Below, piece after piece: positions 15,731-29,293 of a DNA stretch of 64,000 bases. Source of the DNA: Cycas panzhihuaensis (Eukaryota > Plantae > Cycadophyta). The stretch covers positions 127,355,741 through 127,419,740 of the forward strand of contig CM041465.1 of the NCBI GenBank assembly GCA_023213395.1, read 5' to 3'. The position numbers were made by a program, and so were the translations under genes. Under the pieces are notes generated by a model, which saw only the letters and a list, made by a program, of their open reading frames with translations, did not search any database and had not been told where the DNA came from. Position 1 is the first letter of the stretch, and each line of letters starts with the position of its first letter.

Positions 15731-15764
<34 letters not shown>
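15731..15764. repeat. (TA)n microsatellite inside the copia leader
   Basis: Uninterrupted TA run; a shorter one at ~15361-15378. Confidence 0.95.
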
Positions 15765-15767
<3 letters not shown>

Positions 15768-16020
15768 GAAAGCGTGGGCAGAGCCGACCGTTATTTTAGA
15801 TTTGTTAAAGAAAGTTAAATTTAAAAAATAGTTTTGAGTCTGAGAGGGAGGGGGATTAGCTAATGAAACCCTACTTGTGGCGGCACTCCATTGTTGCAGA
15901 TTGATCGAGGAGGAGGTGACAACGAGGGTTCTCTAGCTTAGTACAGATCCTCAATGGCGGGTCCTCACAACGGCTTTGCATCCACCTCACTTTCTCTCTC
16001 TCCTTTTTTTTTTTTTGCAG

Positions 16021-16877
16021 AGGATACCTGAAAATGCAGACAAGAGACGTTGGGTAGATTCTCATTTCATTGGTTCTAAGGGTAGTCTGGATGCATCTAA
16101 TGCAGGTCAGAAATCAGACACTGGGTGTGGTTCAACAAGTTCATTATCTACAACTACATGAGGAAATCGCTTTGATCAAACGATGTCTGAGAATTATGAC
16201 TTTTTGTCAGATGAACCCCCAGGGACTAAATATGGAGGAAACAATACTTTCAGTTCTAATTATGCATCATGAGGATTTGTAGGGAATAATTCACCAAGTT
16301 CAAATTATTCAAATGAATCTCAACATTCTAGAATGAGATACGATTTCTCTAGGAGTCCTAATTTAACTAGATTCGTGTCAGATAATGGATGGAGAAGTCC
16401 AATTGTTCATGATATTTCTCCAAGAAGTGGTCATACCCTAGCTACAAACTTAAGATATAGCGAGCATGGTCGTAGCCCACATAGATAGTATTCACCTCAT
16501 ACTCTAGTGCACTATTCAAGTTCTGGCAGATATTCTCAAATTCCAAGCCCAGGTCATGCAGACTATATGCTTCTAGAGAGGAGGCATGCATGGGCTGAAA
16601 CCTGTTCTGCTTTTGACGTAATACAGAGGAGAGAGAGGTCTGAAGGTATCTAAATAGGATGTGTGAGCTTGGTTATGCCCGTGGATACCTCGACTCAGAT
16701 GAGATAGATAAGCCCTTAGGAATTGTAATCTTCACAGATGATGAAATCATGGAATTGGATGAGGATGGTGAAATCTTTGAGAATGATCGTTCAAATTCAT
16801 CAGCACACAAGAAGATGATTGTGTGCTTTTCAGGCATCAATGCTCTGATACCATGTCAGAATAGATATCATGCATAA
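16021..16877 (+). pseudogene. Decayed antisense ORF (~285 codons, Ser/Pro/Arg-rich then acidic) in the copia 5' leader, unknown function
   Basis: One frame from 16021 with only TGA/TAG stops explicable by C>T, plus one frameshift near 16625 into ORF 16659-16877. Preceded by a polypyrimidine tract ending TGCAG. Confidence 0.5.
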
Positions 16878-19800
16878 TGTCACAAGATTAAGAAGTCAAG
16901 TAAACATAGGTAAATAGACATTGTACACGTACATAGGTTTTGCCAGGTGGAAAACCCCTTCTGGGGAAGCAAAACCACCTCCTAATCTATGATTTTATTA
17001 ATATCAGAAACTATACGAAAACCTTAATAAAAATATCCTCTAAATACAAAAGACCAGCCTTTGAAGCAGGCTTTGGACAAACTCTTAGATTCTCAGAACC
17101 ACCTCCTTGAATCTAGGAGAGGGTATTTATAACAAGAAAGGTTTGTTGAAATGGGCAATTACGCATTTCAATGACCTTCACATAATAATTAAATAGTAAC
17201 ATAAACCTTTAACTTTAAACCTTTGAATCACTTAAATATTTATTTACACATATGACATAAATATAACATAATAATAAAATAAAACTAACATTAATAATCC
17301 CAACAAATATTACATTATTAGCTTTAATATGAATATAAAATTTGAATTTGTTAAATTTGTCACAAGCCAATGAATTGGTGAAAATATCTTCCAATTGCTC
17401 TTTAGTAGGTTTTTAGAAGAACTCAACTTCTCCATATGGGATCTACTCCCAAATGAAATGGTGATGCACCTCTATATCTTTGGTTTAAGCATGGAACACT
17501 GAATTCTTGACAATCTTCAATGTATTTTGATTATTAAAGTGGAAAACAGTTGCCTCATCCTAATAAAATCCTAAATCATTGAGGGCATGTCTCAACCAAA
17601 TGGCTTTATGAACTATTATAATTGTAACTTTATATTCTACTTTAGTAGATAAGAATGCAACATTTGGTTGTTTCTTGTTTCTCCAAATGACAATAATAAA
17701 TTCTAAATTGAAGTAATTCCTTGAAGTGGACCTTCTACTATTAGTACATCTAGCCCCATTAGAATATGAATACCCTTATGGCCTTAAATGATTATTTTGG
17801 CTAAACTCTAATCTATAGTACAATGTTCCCTACAAATATCTAATGATCCTCTTTATAGTTTTCTAATCGCTTCATGTCAGCTCTATCATGAACCTCAATA
17901 TTATACTAATTGCAAAGGATATTTTATATCTAGTTATTATTAAATAAATCAAGCTACCAACTAGTTGTCTATACAATATGCCATCTTTTTAGTCTTCATT
18001 ATTTAGCTATCAATTTTAAACTTGTCTCAATGGGGGTTGAAGTAAGTTACCAGTCCTCCATTCTAAATTTCTTTAGAATTTTTTATGCATACTTAACCTA
18101 TAAAATGATGATTTTTTCAACCTTTTGTTCCACTTTAACTCCCAAAAAGTAGTAGAGTAATCCAAGATCTGTCATCTCAAATATTTTCTTGAGATCATTC
18201 TTTAGGTCTTTAGCTTTTAAGGTATTATTACATGTTATTACAAGATCATCTACATATAAAACCATAAAGATGACTAATTATTTACATCTAACTTTGATAT
18301 ACAAGTTTGAATTAGTTGATGACCTCTCAAACTTGTTATTTAGAAAAAATCGATTGATCTTAAAGTACTAGGCTCTTATAGTCTACTTTAGTCCATATAA
18401 AGCTTCATTCGAGTGATATATAAGGTGTTCTCTACCCTTTACAGCATATCTAGCTAATTACTCCATATAAACATTCTCCTCAAGATCTTCATTCAAGAAC
18501 ACACTCATGGCATTAAGCTAGTGTAACTGCTATTTGAACTAAATAGTTATTGTTAATATCAGTCTAACCTTCACCATCTTTACTACTAGAGCAAATGTCT
18601 CCAGATAGTCAATACCTTCGATCTACTTGAATCCCTTCACTACCAATCTATCTTTGTATTTATTAATTAAGCCATCAAAGCTAAATTTGGTCTTATAGAC
18701 CCATTTGTATCCAATTGCCTATTTGCTTATTGTCAAATCAACCAAATCCTAAGTTTTATTTTATTTAATAGCACAAAATTCAGCACTCATTATTATTCTC
18801 AATTTTTGCTTCTAGCAAACCTCCTTAAAACTTGAAAGGTCTTTAACATTCAACACATTTACCATCAAAGCAAAGTTGATCATGTCAAGTCTCATCCTTG
18901 ATTTGAATTTTCCTTCAATCTCAAGTAACTATATTTTTACTATCATTTTCAAATAACATATGGGAAGTTTCTTGATAAGTTGAGCAACCTTAGGTTGGAC
19001 TTCATGTTATGATCTTTGATCATCTTAATACTCCTCCTCCTCACCATCCACTTCATCTTCTAACTTTTTTCTTAGTATTAAGCTCAATAAACTATTAACT
19101 TAAAGAACTAGATTCTAGTTATTCACTAATTTATTTCCCTTTGTCTTGTGACATCTTCAAAGTATTTAGGTCTACATCTTACTTTCCAACTTCTTCAAAG
19201 ATGATGTCTTGAGTTGTGTGTACATTTCTAGTTGTAATCTCGTCTAATTGGTACGCTTTGTTTTCTTCATTATACCTAACAAGGATACACTTAAAACTTT
19301 TATCATCATTTTTTTAGTCTTTCTCCTATAGAACATGCATATATGCAATACTTCTAAAGATTCTAAGATGGCTCACAGAGGCTTTCTCCCTTATAAGGCC
19401 TATTCTAAGATCATATTCTAGACAATATATAGTGTATCCTCATTGGTTATATATACTATTATATAAATAACTTCAATTTAAAAAGACTCTAAGATATTCA
19501 TTAACTTAGTTTTTTTTACCAAAGTCTTATTTATTCTCTCAATAACATCATTTTGTTGAGACATATCTGTTGTTATTAACTGCTTCTTAATTATATGGTT
19601 CTTACAAAATTTGATAAAGGCATTGGAGGTGTATTCTCCTTTATTATCTAATTACAAAATTTTCAACCTTGAACCACCTTTGTTTTCTACTTTTACCTTG
19701 AACTTTAAAAATTTTAAAGGTCTAAAATTTCTCCTTTATAAGATAAACCTGAACTTTCCTCAAAAAATCATCAATAAAGGTCAAGAAATATATTGCACCA

Positions 19801-22800
19801 CTAAGTGAAGTGGTTGGCATTAGACCATAGATATTTGAGTGGACAAGGCTCAACTTTTTAGCTACCCTCCAAGCTTTGTCTTTCTAAAACTTCTCTCTAT
19901 ATTGTTTTTCCATAATACAAGGTTTATAGATGTTGCTCATTAGCTTAAATTTTAGAAGACCATGCACCATATTCAATCTATACATCAAATGTAGATAGAG
20001 GTTATGTAAATAACTCATTCTTTCATGCCACAATTAAATTTTATAAAATACATCAATAGTTAATGCTCTTTAGTTTACATATTAACCCAAGAACCTATAA
20101 ATACTACCATATCTGACACCTTCTATAACAATTTTTTCATTATGATCACTGACAATAGCTTCTCTATCTTTGAAAAAAACTATATTCCTATTATTTTTAA
20201 TATCGCTGGTAGAAATTAAACTCTTCTTCAACCCTAGCATGTACATTGCATCCTCACTATAATAGTTTTCCCCGTTCATTACAATGAATGGAACCTCTCA
20301 TATCCCCTCTATATTCAACATTTTATTGTCTCCCAAGATGATTTCCTGCCAAGTTACTTCCCATAAGTGTATGAACCATTTAATCATACATGTTATATGT
20401 CCAAAAGCTCCTAAATTAATATATCATATATCATATGCTTTCGAAGTTATTTGTGAAGCTACCAAGAAAATTAATTCACCTTTGTGAGTTGAGTTGGTTG
20501 ATTCTCTAAAAATGTCTCCTACCTGCAAGTTTTCCCTTAAACTCCCTTCTTCTATTAATCACTTGCCACTTCTTACAATCTCTTTTAAAATGGCATAGTT
20601 TACTGTAGTAACAGAACCTTGGTTACCCTTTCTATGCAGTTTGTTGTTATTATTAAATCTTCTTCTTCTTCTTCTTCTAAACAAAGGGTTTTTTTCCTTT
20701 TGACTTTGCTAAAAATGTATTAGAGGATTCTCCAAAAACACTATTATTTAATACTTGTTCATGTTACAAAAACAATGCCTAGCTCATTAAATCTGATATT
20801 TTCTTTTTTTTTTTTTAACAAAAAGAAACTCATCACAAAATTTTTAAATCTCTTTGATAAGCTCATCAACACTGCAACAATGATGCCTTTATGTATTTCA
20901 TAGTTTGGAATTGTTCAATCATTGAACATGTCATCTTGAGGCTATATAATTGATTCTTTAACATCATTATCCTTGCATCAATTTTTGTTTGAAAAATAGA
21001 TGTGATGATGACCTCTATTTCCTTAGGAGTTTTAGTTCTCTTAATATTTTCTACCAAAGCTCCATTGATAAGCATATTAATTAGTCTTAAGGCGAAGTCA
21101 CATTTGCCTTCATACTCTGCCTTTTCTTGAGTAGTGACAATTTTTTCATTTGGTATGGGTACATTACCCTATACTATCTACCATAACTTGTTCATCTACA
21201 GTAGACTAGTCATTTAGCACTGCTAAATGCCGTAATTTTCTACATTGACCAATTTGTCTATCTAGGAGTTAAATAAATTTCCACCCAATATGCTTATTTA
21301 GAAAACAAAATTACAAACATAAATGTAGGTTTTAAATAGTCCTGGCACACTACACACTATTATTTTATTTTTTTTTTGTGTTTTAATATCCTCAATAATT
21401 TTGTAGAGCACCAAAAATAAAAAATAAAAACAAATCTAAATGGCATGTAAGGAGTAGAAAATTTACCATGTAACCTCTACATAATGATAGAGAATAAAAG
21501 GTCACAACTCAAATGTTCTTTCAAGATTTCAAAAAGGTTACTAAAAGGGCCAAAGAAGGCACTAGCGCCTTCTCACACCATGTGACTTAGGACCTAACCA
21601 TAGTTTTAAACATCAAATATTTGTCGAATATCACAATATGGATTACAATTTTATGTAGATTTTTGTTGTTTTTTTTTAAATCAAATCATCGGTTTGTCTC
21701 CATGATCTTCGTTTGGCCTTCACAAATTTTGTTATCTTTAAGTTTGCTTTTCTCATCTTTGTTATAATTACATTCAACCCTAGTACATCCTCATTCCCAT
21801 TCCACATGAGCTTAATGTTCAACTGTGCTGAACCATATTTGTGTCTGTGGTCTCCATCTTCAAAATTTTCATTCTTATGATTTCTTAATTTGTGTCTTTG
21901 CCCATAATCTCATACCACTATTCTAGGCTCTCCTACATGATAACTTTGACTATTCTTTGTAGAGCATACAAGCCACAGGATAGTGTCTCAATGTGAAAAT
22001 ATGTGTATATGAAGGTTACAGGTTGGGTGTCAAGCCAACCAGAGGCAGAGACCATTACATACCAAGATCATACACAAGGGGACTTGAACACTAGATATAT
22101 CATGGGAAACTCCCAAGAGAGAAAACCCATCAACACAATATTTGATATATTAAATATAAACCAATACATAGTGTTTTAGAGGTGAGATGGAGTAAGAGAA
22201 GATGATGAGATCACATTGATCTTGAGTTGATGATTTGGAATACCAAGGAGGTATGAATAAATATACCCTGAAATGGTACTATGTATGGTTATACCTCTTT
22301 ATCATGTCTTTTTGGAAACAAATACATCATTCTGTCACACCTGCACACTACTAATTAACCCTACTGAAATATTAAGTTATAGTTAACTATCACTAACATC
22401 CCCTCTTAATGTGAATAAGGGATGAAGCAAAAATAATTGCTCCATTAGTCAAGAGATTTGTCCTTGTAGATTGATCCCTCCTCAAGGATGATCTTGTTGA
22501 ATGTTCATTAGTGACATTCATCCAATAGCTCTGTGAATTGATTTCCAACCCAGTTAGTGGTCGAAGAAGATTCCACTTGAAGTTTGCTTTAATCAAACAC
22601 CTCTTGAATAATCGACTGGTATCTTGCTTCTGATGTTGATACTTGATCTTTCAGGTACTCTTCCCCTAAACTAAGAGCTTCTTCCACAGGTCATAATATT
22701 CCATTAACCGAAGACAAGTCCAAATCGAACATAGGGTATGTACTATTAGTGCAATTCAATTGGCATAATTATTTATCTTGTCCTTTCTTAACGACCTAAG

Positions 22801-24545
22801 AGATTTGCATCTGATATAATCTCCCCAAGTCTAGGTTAAGAAATGAAGACTAAATATTATTTTGATGATCTCCACTAAGTATAGCTGCTATATTTGTCCT
22901 GTTTACTAGCTTATGATAATGGGTGCAATTATCGTCTTAGGGTCAATTAGTATAGAAGGGATATTTCCATGTAAAGAATCTTTTTCCTCCTCCATACTAC
23001 TTTCCATGATTCATTTGCCATAATGAATCAAGAATATAGGAGTGAATGTCTTTCATTATTTGAAGTCGACTAGTAGTTTGAGTTTCAATTAGCCTTTCAG
23101 TTACATCCTTAGTTATGGCCAACAATGGCTTAGATGAGGTTGTCATCTCCTCAACAAGTAACTAGTGTTTTTCATTACCTTTTGCTCTATCTTCCTCTTA
23201 GAGCTTGACCTTTGCAGGATTAGGAGATGTCGTGAAGAGGGGATAACAAACATTTATTAGCAGAGGCTTACTAAATTGGTATGTCAATGCTTTATTGATT
23301 TTTATATCCTGACAATGAAGAAACTTCTGCATCCCTAAATCTCATAGTCTATGACTATTTCTATAGTATCCCACAAAATCTCTTTTGTAACTATGGTCAG
23401 ATTCCTTCATTTGTCTATCAGAGATTAGTGAATTTTCAATGTACCCTAAGATTTTTTTAATGGAAGGCTTCCAATTGGTCCATCTTTCCTATGGCATCAC
23501 ACTTTGAACTGTAGAGGTTAGAATTTAGTTCACAATGCGAATAGCAGTTCTCACAACTTCTATCTCGAAGTTGAATGGGATATGTTATGTTTGCATCTTA
23601 CACAATGTCATGTCGATCAAGATATCAACTTTCCATGTGGCAAATCCATCATGTGGGATTAACTCAATACCATGATTAGAATAGAACTTAGAAATGTGAT
23701 TGTCGTTAGCTTTTCCATAATTACTCCTTATAAAATTTATTTGATTTTCACATATTTTTTTAACTATCACTTTATCTTTTACTTCTGACTTATCTTTGGA
23801 AGAGTATACCTAAGTATCATGAGTAGAACAAAGATTTTGATTCATTCTATGCATATACTGCAACTTCTTGAGACAACCACCTTTTACTGTGATTGTTTCA
23901 TCATTTTTTACTAGTACCACATCAACATTATCAAGTATGATGTCTTTCTGGCTAAGATCTTGGTTCAACACATAAAAACTCTACCTTTTAGAAGATATAT
24001 GTGCACTTGAGTTAGTTGATACTCACACACAATATGTTTCAATCTTCTCCTTTCTATTGGTCTGCCTTAAGTTCTTTTTCCTTACCCAGCAGTCCTTTTC
24101 TCTGTGGCCCATCTTTTTGTAGTAGGTACATGAACCATTATATTTCTTCTTTTTCCACTTATTGGTGACCTCTTAATGTGGACATTTATCCCTATCTTCA
24201 TCCTCATTCTTTTGAACTTTTGAGGATAGGGCATGACTAGTATCAGTCAAATCTATAGATGTTTAAGCTTAGCTGCCTCTATAAGAAGTAGCTCTTTCAA
24301 CTTCTGAAATGAGATAACTTGCAACATCTCGTCAATGTTATATATGATCTAAAAAGTGTTATAAACTACTAGCAACTTGTCCATAACAATTGTGAATAGA
24401 ACTTCTTCTATTCTGTCTAACTTATTCCTAATATTAGTCAACTTGTTCAAGTAGGTGTTGATATTGCTCTCATCCTCAATGTAAGACTTGAACAGTTCAC
24501 CCAATAAGATGACCAAGTGGTTTGTCTTCTTTTGTTCAAACATGT

Positions 24546-27500
24546 TGTGACTTGCTATTATACCAAAAGCCCATGGGTGATTTGGGAAAAGGACTCCTCG
24601 GCAAGTGAACCATCCATAGTCCAACACTCCCCTGGCATATGTGCAAGATTTAAACCTTGAACCTGGGCTCTCATACCATTTGTCATTAGATGATTGCCCT
24701 TCCTTTGATGGGCTAACAACATTGATATAATAAACGACTGTCTAGATGGCTTCAACCCATAGGTAGGTAGGTACATTTTTATATACCAATATAGCACGAG
24801 CCATATTCATGATTGGCCTATTCATGTACTCGAGAATTCCATTTTGTTGTGGAGTACCTACAACTGTTGTTTGATGCTTGATGTCATTGTCTCAAAGGTA
24901 GCTTTCAAACTCATGTGAGGTATATTTACCACCATTATCAGTTCAAAGACATTTGAGTTGATAACCTGACTCATTTTCAGTATAGGTTTTGAATTCTTTG
25001 AATACACGGAAAGCTTCATCTTTCTTGTGTAGAAAAGCTACCTATACTTTTCTAGTGAAATCATCAATAAAAGAGATGTAATATAACTTGCCCTTCAATG
25101 AAGAAATGGGCATTGGTCCGTACAGATCTGAGTGTACCAATTATAATGGATGGCTCAATTTCCACTGACTTTTGGCAAAGGGTTGTCAATGAGATTTAGC
25201 AATGATATAAGCTTCACATTTAAAGGGTTTAGAGGAGAACTTTGGAAGAGTGTTAGAAAGATCTCTAAGTATATCAATGTAAACATGGCCCATGCGAGCA
25301 TACCAAAGAGCTTCTGATGACAACATTAGATGGGTTAAGATGGAATTAAATACAAATTCTTCATCGACACAAGAGCTTTGGGCACAATGGGCTGGAGAAG
25401 ATGGAGATTCATTCAATAAAAAGAGTTTGCCAGAGAGATGTCTAGTCAAGACCACTTAATTAGTTAGAGGGTGAATGACTTGGAGAGTTTGGTCATTTGC
25501 AGTTACACTCATATTAAATCCATGAGAGACAAGTGTGGATAAGGAGAGTAAGTTTTGTTTGAGATTAGGTATATATAAAACATCAAGCAATGTAAAATCT
25601 TTTAAGCCCAGGAGTTTCAAGCGAATGTTACCAATTCCTTCAACAAGTTGTTATGATTTATCATCCATGTGAACAACTCCTTGAACATTTGAGTTAAATG
25701 TCTGATATAGATTGCAATTACACATCATATATTGAGTTACTCATATGTCCATGATCCACTATCCTTCAATTAAAGCCGTGCTATTTGTAATTCCAATAGG
25801 GCTTAGCATTGGAGAAGGGAATTCCCAAGTGATATATCCACATCGAGCTTCAAAGCATCTCTTTGGTTGGTTAATGGCATTTGATGTTGAAGATCCCTCA
25901 ATTCTTTGAAAGTGTACCTATACAAAGCCTACACCACTAAAAGATTCTTCATAAGTTTCTTTAACATTATGAGCTCCATGTTTTAGTTGGAACTTGGCCA
26001 ACTTATAAGTGGCAGTTATGCAATCTTTTGCTAAGTGTCCTTTACAGTTACACCGATTACATATAATAGTTTGATTACTAGTCCCTCAAGAGGTACTAGT
26101 TTGGCCTGACTGTCTTGCTCTTTATTGAGGTGGCCCTTGGCCTTAAGATTGTTGAGGCTATAACTGAGGGTTTGATTAACCTTATGGACGATTTCCCATA
26201 TTTCTTCCTCTTCTTCTTGCTCGGTTATTTCCTCTGCCACGAGAAAGACCTTGATTTTTTGTGTAGTAAGCTTCTTCCTCCACCTCAAACGCTGCATCTG
26301 GAAGATTTCGATGTGAGTGAGATTTCGATGCCTAATGCTTTTAGTATACGATTAGGGCCTTCACCCGCGATACCCACACCTATGCTTGGTGATGAAATCC
26401 AAGTCACAGTGGAGCCTAGGTACTTTTAGTCCTCACCCAGTTTACCAGTGAGCAACTATATATCTCCTCTGAAGAGTCAAATTATACGTGTGTATCGCAC
26501 AACTATGATGGATATTTGACCAAGTTAATTTTAATCTTGTATTAAGGTTTTCAGTTTTTCTGGGTGGTTATCAGGATTATCCCTGATTGGAGGTTGTAGG
26601 TATGACTAACTTGTCCCTCCACCACTATTCTGGTTAAGACCAGACCTAGTATGAAACTCATACCTCCCTTAGGGCCTAGACTTCAGCCAATCATAGTCTA
26701 TTTTAACTAAGGCAAGTGTGTGCATAAGTAAAAAACGGGCAATATAGATCGTACAGATAAGTATCCCTTTATGAATAATATAAGTTATTTCTAAATAACT
26801 AAAAACTGAAATAGAAAGTTGCCAAATGTACTTGCTTGCTTCTCATGCTTGCTTTGTTGTTGTTGCTACTTTTGTGATGCTTTATGCTATGTGTGTAAAT
26901 AGAAAAAGTATACTAGATTTAGTAGGGGAACTAGATGTTGTTTCTGATTCAAGGTTTCCCTTACTTTAGTACAATGTTTTTAAATATATTTTTAAAAATT
27001 TTAATATAAAAGCCATAATGGGATAAAAAGTGGATCAACTTACCGCTAAAATACTAATTTTTCTAAATCTAGATGCATGTTATTTTGTCCTACTTTGTGA
27101 TTTTTTACAAATTTTACAAATAATAATAAATAGACATAATTTTCTAAAAATTACAAATATAAAGGCCTGAATGATGGAATTTGAGTTTATGACACAAGGA
27201 AAAAGTGTTCAGAATATTGTTTATGATAGAGTAGTAAAGTCAGATTTCTAAAAAAGCATAAAAAGATTTTGTTAGAAAAATCACAAAAACGCAATCTCGT
27301 TAGGTCCACTATCTGATAATCTGAACTTAAATATATGTACATTAATTTTTTCTTCTACACTATGTCTAAAATCAGCTAAAAAATTATTTGAAATACCCTC
27401 AAAATATCCTTTATGGGGTTAAGTAGGCAAATTTAGTATCAGTGAGAAAACTGCATAGATCTCACTAACCAGTGGATGAAATTTGATGAGATTTATCTTA

Positions 27501-28684
27501 AAATGATCCTAAGATATAAATCTATCAGATTCTTCAAATAAACTTTCAGATTTTTAGCTTATAATTAAAGGATTTCATTAGGAAAAGTATCTTAGGTCAC
27601 TTATTCGCAAATTTTACCATTTTGTTTTAGCTAAAACTCATTGTTATAAGCTAAATCTGAAGCTACTCCAGAAGACAAAAATGATCCTCTTAGTAAGATG
27701 ACCATGCATGCCAAATTTCATCAAAATTTGAAATGGTTAAAGTTTTAATAAAAATTGTAGGCCTTTAATACTTCCGAGAACATTTCGGCAACCAAATAGA
27801 TTCAAAAACCTGTATTTTCCACCTCTGAAATTATATACATATAGAAAAAGCAGCAACATATAAAGTACTATAATTTTAAGCTCTCAAAATGTTAAAATTG
27901 ATGAGTGCACTCTTAATACTTCACATGAAAGGTGAAGGAGAGGGAAAATGACTCCATACAAATGGAATGGAGTGAATAGATCCCATTCTAGCTCTGATAC
28001 CACTTGTGACTTGTCGTTATACTAAAAGCCCCCAGGTGATTTAGAAATAGGACTCCTCAGTAAGTGAACCAGCCATAGTCCAACACTCCCCCGTGATGAG
28101 GAGACCACCATAGTACATATCGCCTATATTATAATTCCACCTAAATCAGGGGTACATGGGGACCCCATCAGGGAAAGGGGCTTTGTTCGACATATGCGTA
28201 AGATTTGAACCTTGAACCTTAACTCAGATACCACATGAAAGAAGGGTAAATCTAAGGAATAAATCACTCACATGCACACAATGGCAATGGAGAATGAAAA
28301 AGAGATGAAACAATATATGAGAGCAAGCTTGGAGGTGATAATGAATAATGACTCCCTCTTTGAAATTTCGTCTTTTATTATTGAGAATGAGCATTAGGGT
28401 TAGGATTTTTCTGCCTAATGACATGAACTTAAAATTACATCTAAATGTACATAAAACACATTTTATTAAGAAACTAATGCTAACAATATATCTTAGGTCA
28501 CATAATTAATCTACACAAATGACCTTGATATATTAATCTCTTTCACATGTCACAAAGGGTTTACCAAATGTCATATGGCATATTCAACTTGTGGATGAGT
28601 GCTCTTTGATCTAGGGCAAGTGAAAGCTTTAGTAGACTAGTGCCATAAAGTTGCTTTCTCTGTGTAAATTTATCTAGTGTAACA
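24546..28684 (-). mobile_element. Composite insertion: copia leader-gag-PR-partial INT bracketed by 81-bp TRIM-type LTRs (24546-24626, 28005-28085), plus a different putative LTR (28236-28684)
   Basis: Two homologous TGTGAC...CCAACA repeats each next to a PPT complement CTCCCC; PBS complements at 24667-24678, 27991-28002, 28222-28233; zinc knuckle CNRCNCKGHLAKDC ~26020-26062; LWYARMGH...CEAY in ORF 25186-25455. Confidence 0.8.
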
Positions 28685-29290
28685 TTAGGTTCCCCTTCCT
28701 TTTTCTTGGGTGGAGCCTTACAAGTTAGGTCCCAAAGCTCCTAGACCATCAACATAAGTTCTATGTTGGACTTCCACTCCTCAAAGTTAGTGTCATCAAA
28801 GGTTACTTGTGGCAACAAGGTCATCTTAGGGTCCATGTTTGCAAATACTCTGAGTTCTCTTCCACTTAATTACCAATCACGATGATAAGCCTTGTTAACA
28901 CTATTTTATCACTCTATGAAGCCTAATTCACCGCTTTATCAATCACTTCACTAAGACAAGTTTGACGTGTTCTTCGCAGATAATATACCCTTTTAATATC
29001 AATCAAAGTAATATTATATAAAAGAACTTTTACTTAGCACTAGAAAAAAAAAACTTCTTGATAAAGGCTATAAAATCTTATGTAGAGCGTTAGTGTTGTT
29101 GAGCCGGTCTTGGATAAAATTACTCTAAATAGACGTTACAAAATGTTTCAAAAAATGAATAACTCACTTTGAAATACTTTAATTCAACGTGTTAAAGCCA
29201 AAGATTAAATTTAGAATATTCTCTTCTTAATAGCGTCGCCTAATGCCATGTACTATTAATATTCACCATGTTTCAAAATATAAATGATCA

Positions 29291-29293
<3 letters not shown>

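Larger units (their letters stand above)
9979..17305 (-). mobile_element. Full-length Ty1/copia element, 452-bp LTRs (9979-10430, 16854-17305), TSD AATAT
   Basis: TG...CA LTR pair, PBS complement 16842-16853, PPT complement 10431-10443, AATAT at 9974-9978 and 17306-17310, copia domain order. Confidence 0.96.
9689..21300 (-). mobile_element. Degenerate Ty1/copia host element (3' LTR 9689-9964; gag-pol 17311-~21290) split by a younger copia
   Basis: RNase H, RT, INT, PR and gag remnants across 17340-21290 (ORFs 20082-20279, 20866-21075), same family as 1447-5376. Its PPT region continues across the AATAT TSD. LTR homologous to 35189-35419. Confidence 0.82.

Noticed and set aside
21599-21991. 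hAT 5' end and BED finger spanning 21599-21991 and 30710-30790
   Set aside because: CATAGTTTTAAA terminus and CGDCFTWGFTYFNTH string are suggestive but too degenerate to support.
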